From an uncultured Oscillospiraceae bacterium (GTDB lineage Bacteria > Bacillota > Clostridia > UMGS1883), in the NCBI GenBank assembly GCA_964572985.1, contig CAZNIC010000006.1:5044-69043 (forward strand): a stretch of DNA of 64,000 bases, in the 5' to 3' direction. Of the stretch, positions 20,715-30,432 are shown piece after piece. Under the pieces are notes generated by a model. The model was not told the origin of the DNA. It made no database searches and saw only the letters and a program-made list of their open reading frames with translations. Every line of letters begins with the position of its first letter. Within the stretch, counting starts at the first letter, position 1. A program made the position numbers and the translations under genes.

Positions 20715-22334
20715 ATGAATATATCGGGAGGTGGAGAGTTGAAAATTCCCTTTATTTATACACCAAAAGAAAACGAGACTTTTGTTTTACGGGAAAATGA
20801 GATTACTGATTCGTCAGATGATTATCAGCATAACAAAGGCGGGAAAAAGCTTTCCGGATATTATCTTAAAGACATGAATCTGTTAAAAAATGAGTTTGGT
20901 TATAATGTGAGCGGCGATGTAAAATTTCGCGAATTTACCGTGCAAATAAACTCTGATTCTGTAGACGCATGTGTGTTTTATATTGATGGATTGATAAACA
21001 AAAGTCTACTCAACAACTTTGTTCTTTTTCCGATGATGGTTCATTCGCGGGAAATTAGTCTTACAAAGGTCAGCGATATTCCGGACGTATTATTGCCCCA
21101 GGCAGAGCTGCTTTTTGAAAATATGGTTGATGCTCTTGCGTATAACCTTAACTTCGGCAGTGCAATCGTCCTTATAAACGGCATGGAAAAAGCCTTGGCA
21201 CTTGACATAAAAGGATGGAATTCCAAACCCATCGGAGAACCGCAAAGCGAAAAGGTTATTCGAGGACCCAATGATGCTTTCAACGAACAGTTGCGCTCAA
21301 ATACTGCGCTTATAAGACGCCTTATAAGAAATAAAAATCTAACAATTGAAGAAAAACAGGTAGGAATTATAAGTCAGACACCTTGCTCTGTTTTATACAT
21401 GAAAAATATTGCGTCCGATGCTCTTGTAAAAGAAGTTTTAAGACGTATTGAAAATATTGATATTGATTATATTATGACCAGCGCAGAGCTCGAAATGTAT
21501 ATTGAGGACGAAACCTACAGCGCATTGCCGCAGTTCTTATCAACCGAAAGACCTGACAGAACAGCCAAGGCAATACTTGACGGAAAAGTCGCAATTATCG
21601 TTGACGGATCACCTTTTGCTCTTTTGGTTCCGGTAACGTTTTCTGAGCTGAATGAATCAAGTGAAGATTCGTACCTTAGGGTTCCGTATGCCAATTTAAT
21701 GCGCACAGTCAGAACGATTTCGTTTATATTATCAATGCTGTTACCGGGAGTATATATCGCAATAATGAATTTTCATAACGAACTTTTGCCTACAAACCTG
21801 ATGATTGCTATTATTGCCGCAAAAGAAGAGGTTCCGTTTCCCGGATTTATTGAACTGATTTTTATGGAAATTGCATTGGAAATTATTCGGGAGGCAGGGG
21901 TAAGAGTACCGACACCTTCGGGTTCTACGCTAAGTATTGTCGGTGCATTAATTCTCGGTCAAGCCGCCGTAGAAGCAGGGCTGGTTAGTCCTGTTGTAAT
22001 AATAGTTGTATCTCTTTCGGCAATAGGTTCTTTTGCAACTCCAAACTATTACCTTGGGCTGTCGGCACGTGTTATGAAGTTTGTATATATAATTTTGGGC
22101 GGATTTTGGGGACTTTTGGGAATAGCAACAGGGCTGTTTGTGCATGCGCTGTTTTGGGTACACACGTATTCTGTAGGCGTACCTGTTTTTTCGCCTTATG
22201 CACCGCGCACCGCACAAAAAGGTATTTTTGGAATACTTTTGAGTCCAATATGGAAACGAGAGTTGCGAGGCGATTTCCAAAATCCGAAGCGGAAATATAA
22301 AGAGGCAAAAATCTCAAGGAAATGGAAGTATTAA
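20715..22334 (+). CDS. Spore germinant receptor subunit A (GerA/GerKA family)
   Basis: GerA-family length (539 aa) with a C-terminal multi-TM region. The start is uncertain: ATG at 20715 or TTG at 20739, which follows 'GGGAGGTGGAGAG'. Confidence 0.85.
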   Translation: MNISGGGELKIPFIYTPKENETFVLRENEITDSSDDYQHNKGGKKLSGYYLKDMNLLKNEFGYNVSGDVKFREFTVQINSDSVDACVFYIDGLINKSLLNNFVLFPMMVHSREISLTKVSDIPDVLLPQAELLFENMVDALAYNLNFGSAIVLINGMEKALALDIKGWNSKPIGEPQSEKVIRGPNDAFNEQLRSNTALIRRLIRNKNLTIEEKQVGIISQTPCSVLYMKNIASDALVKEVLRRIENIDIDYIMTSAELEMYIEDETYSALPQFLSTERPDRTAKAILDGKVAIIVDGSPFALLVPVTFSELNESSEDSYLRVPYANLMRTVRTISFILSMLLPGVYIAIMNFHNELLPTNLMIAIIAAKEEVPFPGFIELIFMEIALEIIREAGVRVPTPSGSTLSIVGALILGQAAVEAGLVSPVVIIVVSLSAIGSFATPNYYLGLSARVMKFVYIILGGFWGLLGIATGLFVHALFWVHTYSVGVPVFSPYAPRTAQKGIFGILLSPIWKRELRGDFQNPKRKYKEAKISRKWKY

Positions 22335-22340
22335 CTATTT

Positions 22341-23432
22341 ATGATACGTGACGAAAAACTTGGAGTTTACGGCATAACGGCACTGATTGCAACCGTAATA
22401 ATTACGAAAGCTTTAATATCAACGCCGTCATTGTATATAAAACATTCTCAAAGTGCCGGGTGGATTGAAGTTTTAATCAGCGGTTTGTTTGAGTTTATCG
22501 TACTTGCTGTGATTTTAAAACTTACCGAAAGCTATAACGGGCATGATATTTTAGATATTGCCGAAATATCTTTTGGCAAATTTGTAATGAGGTTTATGGC
22601 AATAGTATCATCTGTTGTATTCATCATATGTACCGCTGCAATTTTCCGTTCAATGGCAGAAATGGTGCGAAATACTGTAATGAGGGGTGTTTCCTATGAA
22701 ACTGTTATGGCATTTCTGCTCGTTGCCGGGATTGTTGCGGCACGATTGGGAATAAAAACGCAAATTAATCTGACGGGCTTGATTTTTCCGGTTATTCTTA
22801 TTGCTGTAGCTGTAATTCTTGTCATTAATTACTCCAGACTTTCTCTTGTGAATATACAACCATATTTAGGGCCCGGCTTTTCTGATGTGATAAGCAATGC
22901 ACTTTTGAAAAACGCATCATATTTTGAACTTGGACTAATATTGTTTTTTATCCCTTTTTTACGGGGCAAAAGAGATGTAAAGAAAATCGGCTTTACATCT
23001 CTTTTGATAAGCGTGCTGACGATAAGCATTATCACTTTACTGTATCAGCTATCTGTTCCTTACAAAGCAGCAGAAACTTTTGCGCTTCCGCTTTACCAAA
23101 TGACCCGAATGCTTAGAGCAGGCACGTTTTTTCAAAGAATAGAGCCTCTCAATTTGTTCTTGTGGGGAGGTGCAATGTTTCTTTATGTGGGGCTTGGTAT
23201 ATATATGGCATCTTATACATTTAAAAGAGCTTTTGACCTGCATGATTACAAACCGCTGACCCTATCTGTAGGAATAATAGTTGCACTTGTTTCGCTTATT
23301 CCCGGTTCAGAAACAACCGTCGAAAAAATCTTTGATTTTCTGATGACTTACAGTTACTTTGTATATCCGATAACTCCTTTGATTATCTTGATTTTTGCAA
23401 GAATGACAAAAAGCCCTGACAGAGGTGTTTAA
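22341..23432 (+). CDS. Spore germinant receptor subunit B (GerAB/GerKB, APC-superfamily permease-like)
   Basis: A ~360-aa protein with 10 TM helices, positioned between the A and C genes. Confidence 0.85.
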   Translation: MIRDEKLGVYGITALIATVIITKALISTPSLYIKHSQSAGWIEVLISGLFEFIVLAVILKLTESYNGHDILDIAEISFGKFVMRFMAIVSSVVFIICTAAIFRSMAEMVRNTVMRGVSYETVMAFLLVAGIVAARLGIKTQINLTGLIFPVILIAVAVILVINYSRLSLVNIQPYLGPGFSDVISNALLKNASYFELGLILFFIPFLRGKRDVKKIGFTSLLISVLTISIITLLYQLSVPYKAAETFALPLYQMTRMLRAGTFFQRIEPLNLFLWGGAMFLYVGLGIYMASYTFKRAFDLHDYKPLTLSVGIIVALVSLIPGSETTVEKIFDFLMTYSYFVYPITPLIILIFARMTKSPDRGV

Positions 23433-24717
23433 CATGAAAAAAATCATTGCTTTTATATCTTGTTTTCTGCTTGTTTTTGCATCAGGCTGTACGCGGGTAA
23501 CAGAGCTTGATGAAAAATCTTTTGTAACAGCAATCGGATTTGACAAGGGCGAAAACTATAATTTGCGTTTTACATTCGTTTTTACAAATCCGTCAAAATC
23601 CTCACAATCTTCAAATCCAAAGGAAAAAGATGAAACAATCGTAATCGAAGCGCCGTCGCTTTATTCGGCAATTGAACAAATCAACAATTTTAAAAGTAAA
23701 ACCATAGAGCTAACCCATACACAAACGGTCGTTTTTTCAGAAGAACTGGCAAAAGAGGGGCTTGGCGAATATATTTATATGCTTGTAAGATCAAGCCATT
23801 TTCGACCAAACACGTATGTCTGTATTGCCGACGAATCCTCAATGAAATATCTTGAAAATGTTAATCCGTCGGGAGTTTATCATCTTGAAAAATTTTTTCA
23901 GTTGCTTTTTAACAAGATGACATCCGGAACAAAAGGCGATATGTATCTTTACGACTCATATTTCAGACTAAAAAACGAAAGCGGCGCGGGTGTTTTACCA
24001 TATTGTGCTATTAACAAAACTGTTTTAAAGACCGAAGAAAAAACTGAAGAGGGAAGTGAAGCTCCAAGTGAGGATGTCTCAGATAAACAAATCATAGAAG
24101 GTAAATTTGCTGAAAACACCGACGATTTTGCAATAAACACACTTGCGGGAAACACGGTAAGCCTCAGCGACAATACTTCACAAATTCAAGGTGTGGCTGT
24201 GTTAAAAGACGGATATATGATTACAAAGCTCGGCAATCTCGAAACAATTTGCCTGCAGATGATTACAAACAGCATGCCAAACTACTATTTTACGCTCTCC
24301 AATCCGTCAGATCCACAAAAAATGCTGACATGTTATATAACGCAAAGCAATCCGGTAAAAGTTGATGTCAAATGTGAAAGCACTCCCAAAATCAATATAG
24401 AAATTAATCTCGAAGGAGACTTTTCCGAGGTTGGATATAATGACAAATATATTAGAAACCCTTCTGAATTTGAGCAATATTTTGAAGCCAAAATAGAAGA
24501 AGCTTTGGAAAAGTTTTTAAACAAAATCATAAAGGAACTCGATTGTGATATATGCGCTTTCTCAGATGCAGCAAAATCAAATTTCCTGACAGTTAATGAA
24601 TGGGAAAAATATAATTGGCGCGAAAAATTTAAAGATTCAGATTATAACGTTAAGGTAAATCTTACTATGCGCACTTATGGAGAGTTATCCCAAAGAGGGG
24701 AGAATAATTATGATTAA
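23425..24717 (+). CDS. Spore germinant receptor subunit C lipoprotein (Ger(x)C family)
   Basis: Lipobox 'FASGCT', 'AIGFDKGE' N-terminal motif typical of GerxC. Overlaps the B gene end. Confidence 0.85.
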   Translation: MFNMKKIIAFISCFLLVFASGCTRVTELDEKSFVTAIGFDKGENYNLRFTFVFTNPSKSSQSSNPKEKDETIVIEAPSLYSAIEQINNFKSKTIELTHTQTVVFSEELAKEGLGEYIYMLVRSSHFRPNTYVCIADESSMKYLENVNPSGVYHLEKFFQLLFNKMTSGTKGDMYLYDSYFRLKNESGAGVLPYCAINKTVLKTEEKTEEGSEAPSEDVSDKQIIEGKFAENTDDFAINTLAGNTVSLSDNTSQIQGVAVLKDGYMITKLGNLETICLQMITNSMPNYYFTLSNPSDPQKMLTCYITQSNPVKVDVKCESTPKINIEINLEGDFSEVGYNDKYIRNPSEFEQYFEAKIEEALEKFLNKIIKELDCDICAFSDAAKSNFLTVNEWEKYNWREKFKDSDYNVKVNLTMRTYGELSQRGENNYD

Positions 24718-24859
24718 ATGGACAGTTTTTATCCTTGCGCAGATTTATACAATTTCTTATGCTGTATTTGAGTTAAATAACGGCAACAAAAAAGGTTTTG
24801 TTGCCGTTATGTTGTTGGCAATTATTTCATTGTGTTTATTTGTGAAATATTCAACTTAA
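24710..24859 (+). CDS. Small 2-TM membrane protein (49 aa) translationally coupled to the gerC-like gene. Candidate germinant-receptor 'D' subunit.
   Basis: ATG at 24710 is preceded by GGGGAG 7 nt upstream and overlaps the gerC stop. It has two hydrophobic helices. The ORF track's longer version (24677) starts inside gerC. Confidence 0.45.
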   Translation: MIKWTVFILAQIYTISYAVFELNNGNKKGFVAVMLLAIISLCLFVKYST

Positions 24860-24926
24860 TTATTGCACAATACAAAATATTATGATAAAATAATTAAAAC
24901 AAATTACTACACAGGAGGATTGTATT

Positions 24927-26390
24927 ATGAAAAATAAAAAAGTATGGTTCATAACAGGCGGTCAGCATCTTTACGGTACAGATGCTTTCGCTGAAATGAA
25001 CTCTCATTCTGACGAAATTGCAGCTTATCTCGATTCAAAGCTTCCCGTAACTGTTGTTTCAAAAGGTCTTGTTACATTGCCTGACGAAATTGCATCCGTT
25101 TTCAAGGCTGCAAACGCTGATGACGAATGTATAGGTGTTATCACTTGGATGCACGTATTTTCGCCTTCTAAAATGTGGATAACAGGCTTTAATATGTTAC
25201 AGAAGCCTTTGCTTCACTTACATACACAGTATAACAGGGAAATTCCCTGGGATTCCATTGATATGGACTTTATGAATCTTAACCAGTCGGCTCATGGTGA
25301 CCGTGAACACGGCTTCATTGCAACAAGAATGGGTATTGCAAGAAAGGTTGTTGCAGGTTACTGGCAGAACGATAAAGTTGTTGCAGATATCGAATCATGG
25401 GCAAGAGCTGCAGCAGGTCTTGCATTTTCAAGAAGTCTTAAAGTTGCACGTTTTGGCGACAATATGCGTTATGTTGCAGTTACAGAGGGCGATAAGGTCG
25501 AAGCCGAAATCAAGTTTGGCTGGCAGGTTAACGGTTACGGTATAGGCGATCTTACTGATGTAATAGCCGAAGTTTCCGATGCTGAAGTAGATGCACAGAT
25601 GGCTGTTTATAACGAACGTTATGATATGAATACAGACGATGTTAATGCTGTACGCGAACAGGCTCTCTACGAAGTCGGCATCAAGAAATTCCTTGATAAT
25701 GGCGGTTACAAGGCATTTACAACAACATTTGAAGACCTTCACAATCTCAATCAGCTTCCCGGTCTTGCTGTGCAGGATCTTCACTATGATGGCTATGGAT
25801 TTGGTGGCGAGGGCGACTGGAAGACATCTGCACTTACTGCTATAATGAAATATATGGCACAGGGTAAAGAAGGCGGCACACTTTTCATGGAAGACTATAC
25901 ATATCACCTTGAAGAGGGTAACGAGCTTGCTCTTGGTGCACATATGCTTGAGGTTTGTCCTTCAATCGCTGCAAACAAGCCTAAAATTGAAGTTCATCCC
26001 CTTGGTATCGGCGGCAAAAATCCTCCTGCAAGACTTGTTTTTGACTCAAAACCCGGCGACGCCGTAGCGGCAACAATTATTGATATGGGTAACCGTTTCA
26101 GAATGATTGTATGCACTATGGAAGTTATTGAAAATACACATGCGATGCCCAAATTACCTGTTGCAAGCGTTCTTTGGAAGCCGCATCCTGATCTTGCAAC
26201 AAGCGCAGAATGCTGGATTTATGCAGGCGGTGCACATCATACTTGCCTTTCAACGGCTTTAAGTGTTGATGAACTCCGTGATTTTGCAAGAATGTGCGAC
26301 ATGGAATTTGTTCTTATTGATAAGAATACTGATGTTCATAGTCTTGAAAAAGAATTAATCTATAACGACATCATTTATAAGCTTAAATAA
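24927..26390 (+). CDS. araA: L-arabinose isomerase
   Basis: 'WFITGGQHLYG', 'WMHVFSPSKMWI' and 'DMDFMNLNQSAHGDRE' motifs diagnostic of AraA. RBS AGGAGG. Confidence 0.85.
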   Translation: MKNKKVWFITGGQHLYGTDAFAEMNSHSDEIAAYLDSKLPVTVVSKGLVTLPDEIASVFKAANADDECIGVITWMHVFSPSKMWITGFNMLQKPLLHLHTQYNREIPWDSIDMDFMNLNQSAHGDREHGFIATRMGIARKVVAGYWQNDKVVADIESWARAAAGLAFSRSLKVARFGDNMRYVAVTEGDKVEAEIKFGWQVNGYGIGDLTDVIAEVSDAEVDAQMAVYNERYDMNTDDVNAVREQALYEVGIKKFLDNGGYKAFTTTFEDLHNLNQLPGLAVQDLHYDGYGFGGEGDWKTSALTAIMKYMAQGKEGGTLFMEDYTYHLEEGNELALGAHMLEVCPSIAANKPKIEVHPLGIGGKNPPARLVFDSKPGDAVAATIIDMGNRFRMIVCTMEVIENTHAMPKLPVASVLWKPHPDLATSAECWIYAGGAHHTCLSTALSVDELRDFARMCDMEFVLIDKNTDVHSLEKELIYNDIIYKLK

Positions 26391-26398
26391 TTAACTTT

Positions 26399-26436
26399 TT
26401 CTTGTGCAGAAGCGTCTGTGGTGCTTCTGCACAAGC
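26399..26436 (+). other. Perfect 13-bp inverted repeat hairpin between araA and the surface-protein gene
   Basis: 'CTTGTGCAGAAGC-gtctgtggt-GCTTCTGCACAAG'. No T-run follows; an RBS AAGGAGG and ATG come 10 nt downstream. Confidence 0.4.
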
Positions 26437-26455
26437 CATATAAGGAGGCAAATCA

Positions 26456-28846
26456 ATGAAAAAAATCCTTATCAATTTGTTTTTGGTATTATGTTGCTTG
26501 TTGTCTTTTGCAATTGTTTCGGAAGCTTCGGATATAGAAATTGTTTCTCCATCAGAAGACGAAATAATGCCGGGGCGCGATTTCTATGTTGTTGGCACAA
26601 TTAACAGAGGGAATACAAGCGCAAAAAATAATCCATTAAACATAAAAGTAGAATTAATCGATCCTAAGGGCAATGTTGTGAGAACAATCGGCAGTAATGT
26701 TTCGCCTGACGGATTAACATCAGCAAGCTATTTTCTTGTTGATTATGAAGATGGTACTGCAATAAATGATAATAAGGGCGCGCTTACAAATTCTTTCACA
26801 CCACCCGATATTGTATATAACGGTTCTGACCGTGACAGCATCCGCGATGCACATAGTAAAATTGTCGTAAAAGAAAACTATTTTGCAGCAATTATTTATG
26901 GAGGCGCAACAAAACAGCTCGACCTTAAATACGAAGATGAACACGGTAATGGTTTAAAGGATATCGAAGATGGCAGCTATACGCTCAGAGTATCTGCAGT
27001 AAATTTTGACGGAGAAACAGTTTGCACAACCGAAAAGATTATAAAATTCGCAAATAATAAAGAACGTTTTATTGCAAACAATCTTCCGAAAGGTTTTGCT
27101 GAAGAAAACGACCTCATATTACCACTCTCTGCGGTAGGGCATTGGCAACCCGAAAGGTATTTGTCCGAAAAAACCAATGATTATCAGTACTTTACAAACG
27201 CACGTTTTATAGCAAATTCCGATCATGAATATTCAAATGCTGAAAATGTTGGTGTTTTACTTAACTATCTTTACTCAGATGACGTTACTTTTACGACAAA
27301 ACTCGGCAGTGTATTTAATGACGAAGCCGTTGGTGATATTAGCTACTATTATTATGACATTGGTGAAAAATCAGTTGCATTTGAGCTTTTGGGTGCAAAA
27401 CACGTGAGAGAGGGCGTCATTGAAAAAGCCGAGGAAAAACAATTTGTGAAGATTCTCAGAGCGGAACACACCAATACCGAAACAGGGGCAATTTATCCCG
27501 ATTTTGATATGGCTGATGGTGTTATACTTTCGGAAACAACAAAGCCTGTATTCTATGGCGTGTTCACACCGGTTAAGCCCAAAGCGTCGGCAAACAACGG
27601 TATGTATGTATTAAACAACAGTGTGTCCAAGATTAAAGCTGTTGTTTCGGACGCCGATGGTAATGTTGTATATGAGACAGATATCACTCCCGGACTTGCA
27701 AGAACACAAAACTCCGTTTCAAGATATGAATTTTCATTTACGCTTCCTGTAAACTTTAAAAATCTTGGATACGAAAAGTTGCTTTTAAAGGTATTTGCTT
27801 GTGACTTGGATGGCAATATACTCATGGAGTGCGATGGTATAACACTAAAAGTTGCACCTAAGGGAATGTTTATTGCAGGTTATAATGATACGTATTGGGG
27901 CAAAACATTTTGCGATACGGTAAACATGTTTGGCCCGACGCCTTCCGGTGATGCGTTGATTCCGGACAATTATATATCCCGCGGTGATTTTGCTGCAATG
28001 GTAAACAATCTTTTTGGTCTGGCATTTGATGGTGATAACAGCTTCACAGACCTTGATAAGAAAAGTGTTTTTTACCAAGACTGCATAACGGCACAGGGGA
28101 TAGGTTACATGACAGGCGATGAGCACGGAATGATAAAAGCAGATGATCTTATCAGTCGCGAACAAGCCATGATTATACTTGCGCGTATTTCTAATGCCGA
28201 AATGGGTAACAAGGAAGTAACATTCTTTGACAAAAACGAAATTTCCTTCTGGGCAGAAGATTATGTCAATATTATGGTTTCAAACGGCATTGTTACCGGA
28301 TTTGATGGTTACCTTCATCCCACGGATAATATTACCTGCGCAGAAGCTTCTGCACTTATTATAAAAACTATTAAATGGTTAAATACTAACAGTGAAGAAA
28401 CAATTGAGGAAGAAGTAACTATCATTATCCCCCAAACAGATTTTGGCTCATCAGATTACATCGACAATGTAAACATTGAGAATCTTCAGCTGTTTTTTGC
28501 TGAAAACGAAGCATCCTTTGAAGCTATTGCAAATTACATTGTTCGCAGTTGTAAAAATGGCGTTTATGTGGGCAAAGTAGGTGCAGGCTTGGAAATGCGT
28601 GATTATGCTATGGGTAACTTTGTTTCTTTCTCAGACGATGCCTTAAAGCTTGTTACAACGCTTTCTTCTAAATTTGCCGTATTTTCAATCAAATATAATC
28701 CCAAGAACGAGCAAGCCATACATTTTGTTCTCGGCAAAGATGAAAACAATAAGGATATAGGACTTACATATACATTACTTGATACCGTAAACGGAAAAAC
28801 ATTAACTTCTTTGGATAAAAACTGGTATTACTTTAATCAAAACTAA
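26456..28846 (+). CDS. Large secreted cell-surface protein with C-terminal SLH-like repeats
   Basis: Signal peptide 'LCCLLSFAIVSEA'. Two SLH-like segments ('ISRGDFAAMVNNLFG...LISREQAMIILARI' and 'FWAEDYVNIMVSNGIVTGF...ITCAEASALIIK'). Confidence 0.55.
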   Translation: MKKILINLFLVLCCLLSFAIVSEASDIEIVSPSEDEIMPGRDFYVVGTINRGNTSAKNNPLNIKVELIDPKGNVVRTIGSNVSPDGLTSASYFLVDYEDGTAINDNKGALTNSFTPPDIVYNGSDRDSIRDAHSKIVVKENYFAAIIYGGATKQLDLKYEDEHGNGLKDIEDGSYTLRVSAVNFDGETVCTTEKIIKFANNKERFIANNLPKGFAEENDLILPLSAVGHWQPERYLSEKTNDYQYFTNARFIANSDHEYSNAENVGVLLNYLYSDDVTFTTKLGSVFNDEAVGDISYYYYDIGEKSVAFELLGAKHVREGVIEKAEEKQFVKILRAEHTNTETGAIYPDFDMADGVILSETTKPVFYGVFTPVKPKASANNGMYVLNNSVSKIKAVVSDADGNVVYETDITPGLARTQNSVSRYEFSFTLPVNFKNLGYEKLLLKVFACDLDGNILMECDGITLKVAPKGMFIAGYNDTYWGKTFCDTVNMFGPTPSGDALIPDNYISRGDFAAMVNNLFGLAFDGDNSFTDLDKKSVFYQDCITAQGIGYMTGDEHGMIKADDLISREQAMIILARISNAEMGNKEVTFFDKNEISFWAEDYVNIMVSNGIVTGFDGYLHPTDNITCAEASALIIKTIKWLNTNSEETIEEEVTIIIPQTDFGSSDYIDNVNIENLQLFFAENEASFEAIANYIVRSCKNGVYVGKVGAGLEMRDYAMGNFVSFSDDALKLVTTLSSKFAVFSIKYNPKNEQAIHFVLGKDENNKDIGLTYTLLDTVNGKTLTSLDKNWYYFNQN

Positions 28847-28858
28847 GGAAATGATATA

Positions 28859-29653
28859 TTGCGTAAGTTTTTTTCAATCATCCGTTATTTTTTCATGAAA
28901 CTTAATACAGATAAAATAACACTTTACAGCGCATACTCATCATATTATACGGTAATTTCTTTTATTCCGTTTTTAATATTGATACTTATGCTCTCGGGTG
29001 AATTGTTTAATATTACAAAAGGGGATATTGTCATCTACGCAGGTGACAGTATCCCCAAAAATATTTATAATTTAATTTTTTATCTGGTTGAAGATATAAT
29101 GAAACAAAACTCTGTTTCTATGTTATCCTTTCCGATAGTTACATTGCTTTGGTCATCCTCAAGGGCGATTATGGCATTAACAAAAGGACTTGACTGTATA
29201 TTTGATGTAAAAACAAACCACGGATTGATAAAGCGCAATATTATCAGTCTGTATCGTACGTTGTTTTTAATAACAACAGTTGTTTTTTTTCTGACGATAT
29301 CAGTATTGGGGAATTTCGCCTCAATTGATAAGATTAAATATGTGCGTCCTGTTGTTTCTGTCATTGTTTTGACATTCTTCTTTGCGGGTGCCTATGCGTT
29401 TTTTCCAACCAAAAAACAAAACTATAAAAAGCAGCTTCCGGGCGCATTGTTTGCCGCTTTGTGTTGGATGTTTTTTTCCTTTTTCTTTTCGGTATACGTT
29501 GATAATTATTCCAACAAATCATATGTTTATGGTGGTTTATCTACGCTAATCGTACTAATGCTATGGATTTATTTTTGTACTGGTATAATTTTTATTGGTG
29601 CTGAAATTAACGCTATGCTATTTCCAAATAATGAAAACATTGACACCAAATAA
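28859..29653 (+). CDS. YihY/BrkB-family membrane protein
   Basis: Polytopic membrane protein with YihY-like 'YSAYSSYYTVISFIPFLIL' N-terminal region. TTG start. Confidence 0.7.
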   Translation: MRKFFSIIRYFFMKLNTDKITLYSAYSSYYTVISFIPFLILILMLSGELFNITKGDIVIYAGDSIPKNIYNLIFYLVEDIMKQNSVSMLSFPIVTLLWSSSRAIMALTKGLDCIFDVKTNHGLIKRNIISLYRTLFLITTVVFFLTISVLGNFASIDKIKYVRPVVSVIVLTFFFAGAYAFFPTKKQNYKKQLPGALFAALCWMFFSFFFSVYVDNYSNKSYVYGGLSTLIVLMLWIYFCTGIIFIGAEINAMLFPNNENIDTK

Positions 29654-29684
29654 TCTTCGTGATACTATATAATAAATTAAATAT

Positions 29685-29960
29685 AAAAAGATGTAGGTGG
29701 CGTATTGCTTTTGCAGATACGCATAATAGGGAATCGGGTGCAAATCCCGAACAGACCTGCTGCCGTGATAGGGGAGTTGACCTCACAATGCCACTGAAAC
29801 AATCGGGAAGGCGAGGAAAACGGTGATTCTTGAGTCGGAAGACCTGCCATATCTTTGTACAAATACTTCACAGGTAATTGAAGGGTACACTGTTTGACAA
29901 ATGTTTTTATACACATTTGTTTGTTTTGTGTGCTCACCGTGAAGGTGAGTTTTTTGTTTT
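29685..29960 (+). promoter_or_regulatory. Cobalamin (AdoCbl) riboswitch, copy 1, with an intrinsic-terminator expression platform
   Basis: Conserved core 'AATAGGGAATCGGGTGCAAATCCCGAACAGACC', 'GCCACTG', 'GGGAAGGCG' and B12-box 'AGTCGGAAGACCTGCC' (29833-29848). A terminator hairpin 'CTCACCGTGAAGGTGAGTTTTTTGTTTT' (29934-29960) lies just before RBS AAGGAGG. Confidence 0.9.
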
Positions 29961-29973
29961 CAAGGAGGTTTTT

Positions 29974-30408
29974 ATGAAAAGATTATTTGCTTTACTTATT
30001 ACCATTGTAATGTGCTTTTGCTTGTGTAGCTGTGGCGCCGCCAAAACAGTTGCCGTAAAAGTGGAAATTGATTGCTCCGAAATCATCAAAAATTATGATG
30101 ATCTTTCACCTGAATTAAAAAATGAAAAATATGTTCCTTCAAACGGCATTATCCTCAAGGAAACTACCATAGAGGTAAAAGAAGGAGCTTCTGCGGTTGA
30201 TATTTTGAAAGCTGTTTCTAAGGAATATAACATTCCGATTGATGTGTCGGCAGGTTATGCAAAAAGTATTAATCATATTTCTGAAAAATCCTGCGGCGAA
30301 ATGTCGGGTTGGGTTTACGAAATAAATAACGAAATGTTCATGGATGAATACAAGGCTAAAGACGGTGACCTTATCACTTGGAAATTTGTTTGCAGCTTTG
30401 ATTATTAA
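29974..30408 (+). CDS. DUF4430 (transcobalamin beta-domain-like) lipoprotein; putative cobalamin-binding protein
   Basis: Lipobox 'LCSCG'. DUF4430-type motifs 'SNGIIL', 'SAVDILK', 'GYAKSINHISEKSCGEMSGWVYEINNEMFMDEYKAKDGDLITWKF'. It sits directly downstream of cobalamin riboswitch 1. Confidence 0.75.
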   Translation: MKRLFALLITIVMCFCLCSCGAAKTVAVKVEIDCSEIIKNYDDLSPELKNEKYVPSNGIILKETTIEVKEGASAVDILKAVSKEYNIPIDVSAGYAKSINHISEKSCGEMSGWVYEINNEMFMDEYKAKDGDLITWKFVCSFDY

Positions 30409-30432
30409 TTTTTAATTTAGAATTTAATATAT

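Noticed and set aside
24677-24859. Longer 60-aa version of the small post-gerC ORF
   Set aside because: The first 11 codons lie inside gerC with no RBS. The internal ATG at 24710 with a GGGGAG RBS is the credible start, and it is reported as a feature.
25428-25943. 171-aa minus-strand ORF
   Set aside because: Antisense within araA, with a Cys/Lys/Phe-rich low-complexity translation.
26404-26604. 66-aa ORF overlapping the start of the surface-protein gene
   Set aside because: Out of frame with the real CDS, which starts at 26456 with an RBS and signal peptide. It begins inside the upstream hairpin.
29677-29937. Minus-strand 86-aa ORF, and its twin at 30374..30598, sharing 'MAGLPTQ(E/G)SP(F/Y)SSPSRL'
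   Set aside because: Both lie antisense to the two cobalamin riboswitch aptamers. Their protein-level similarity is a by-product of the duplicated RNA element, with no RBS or coding context.
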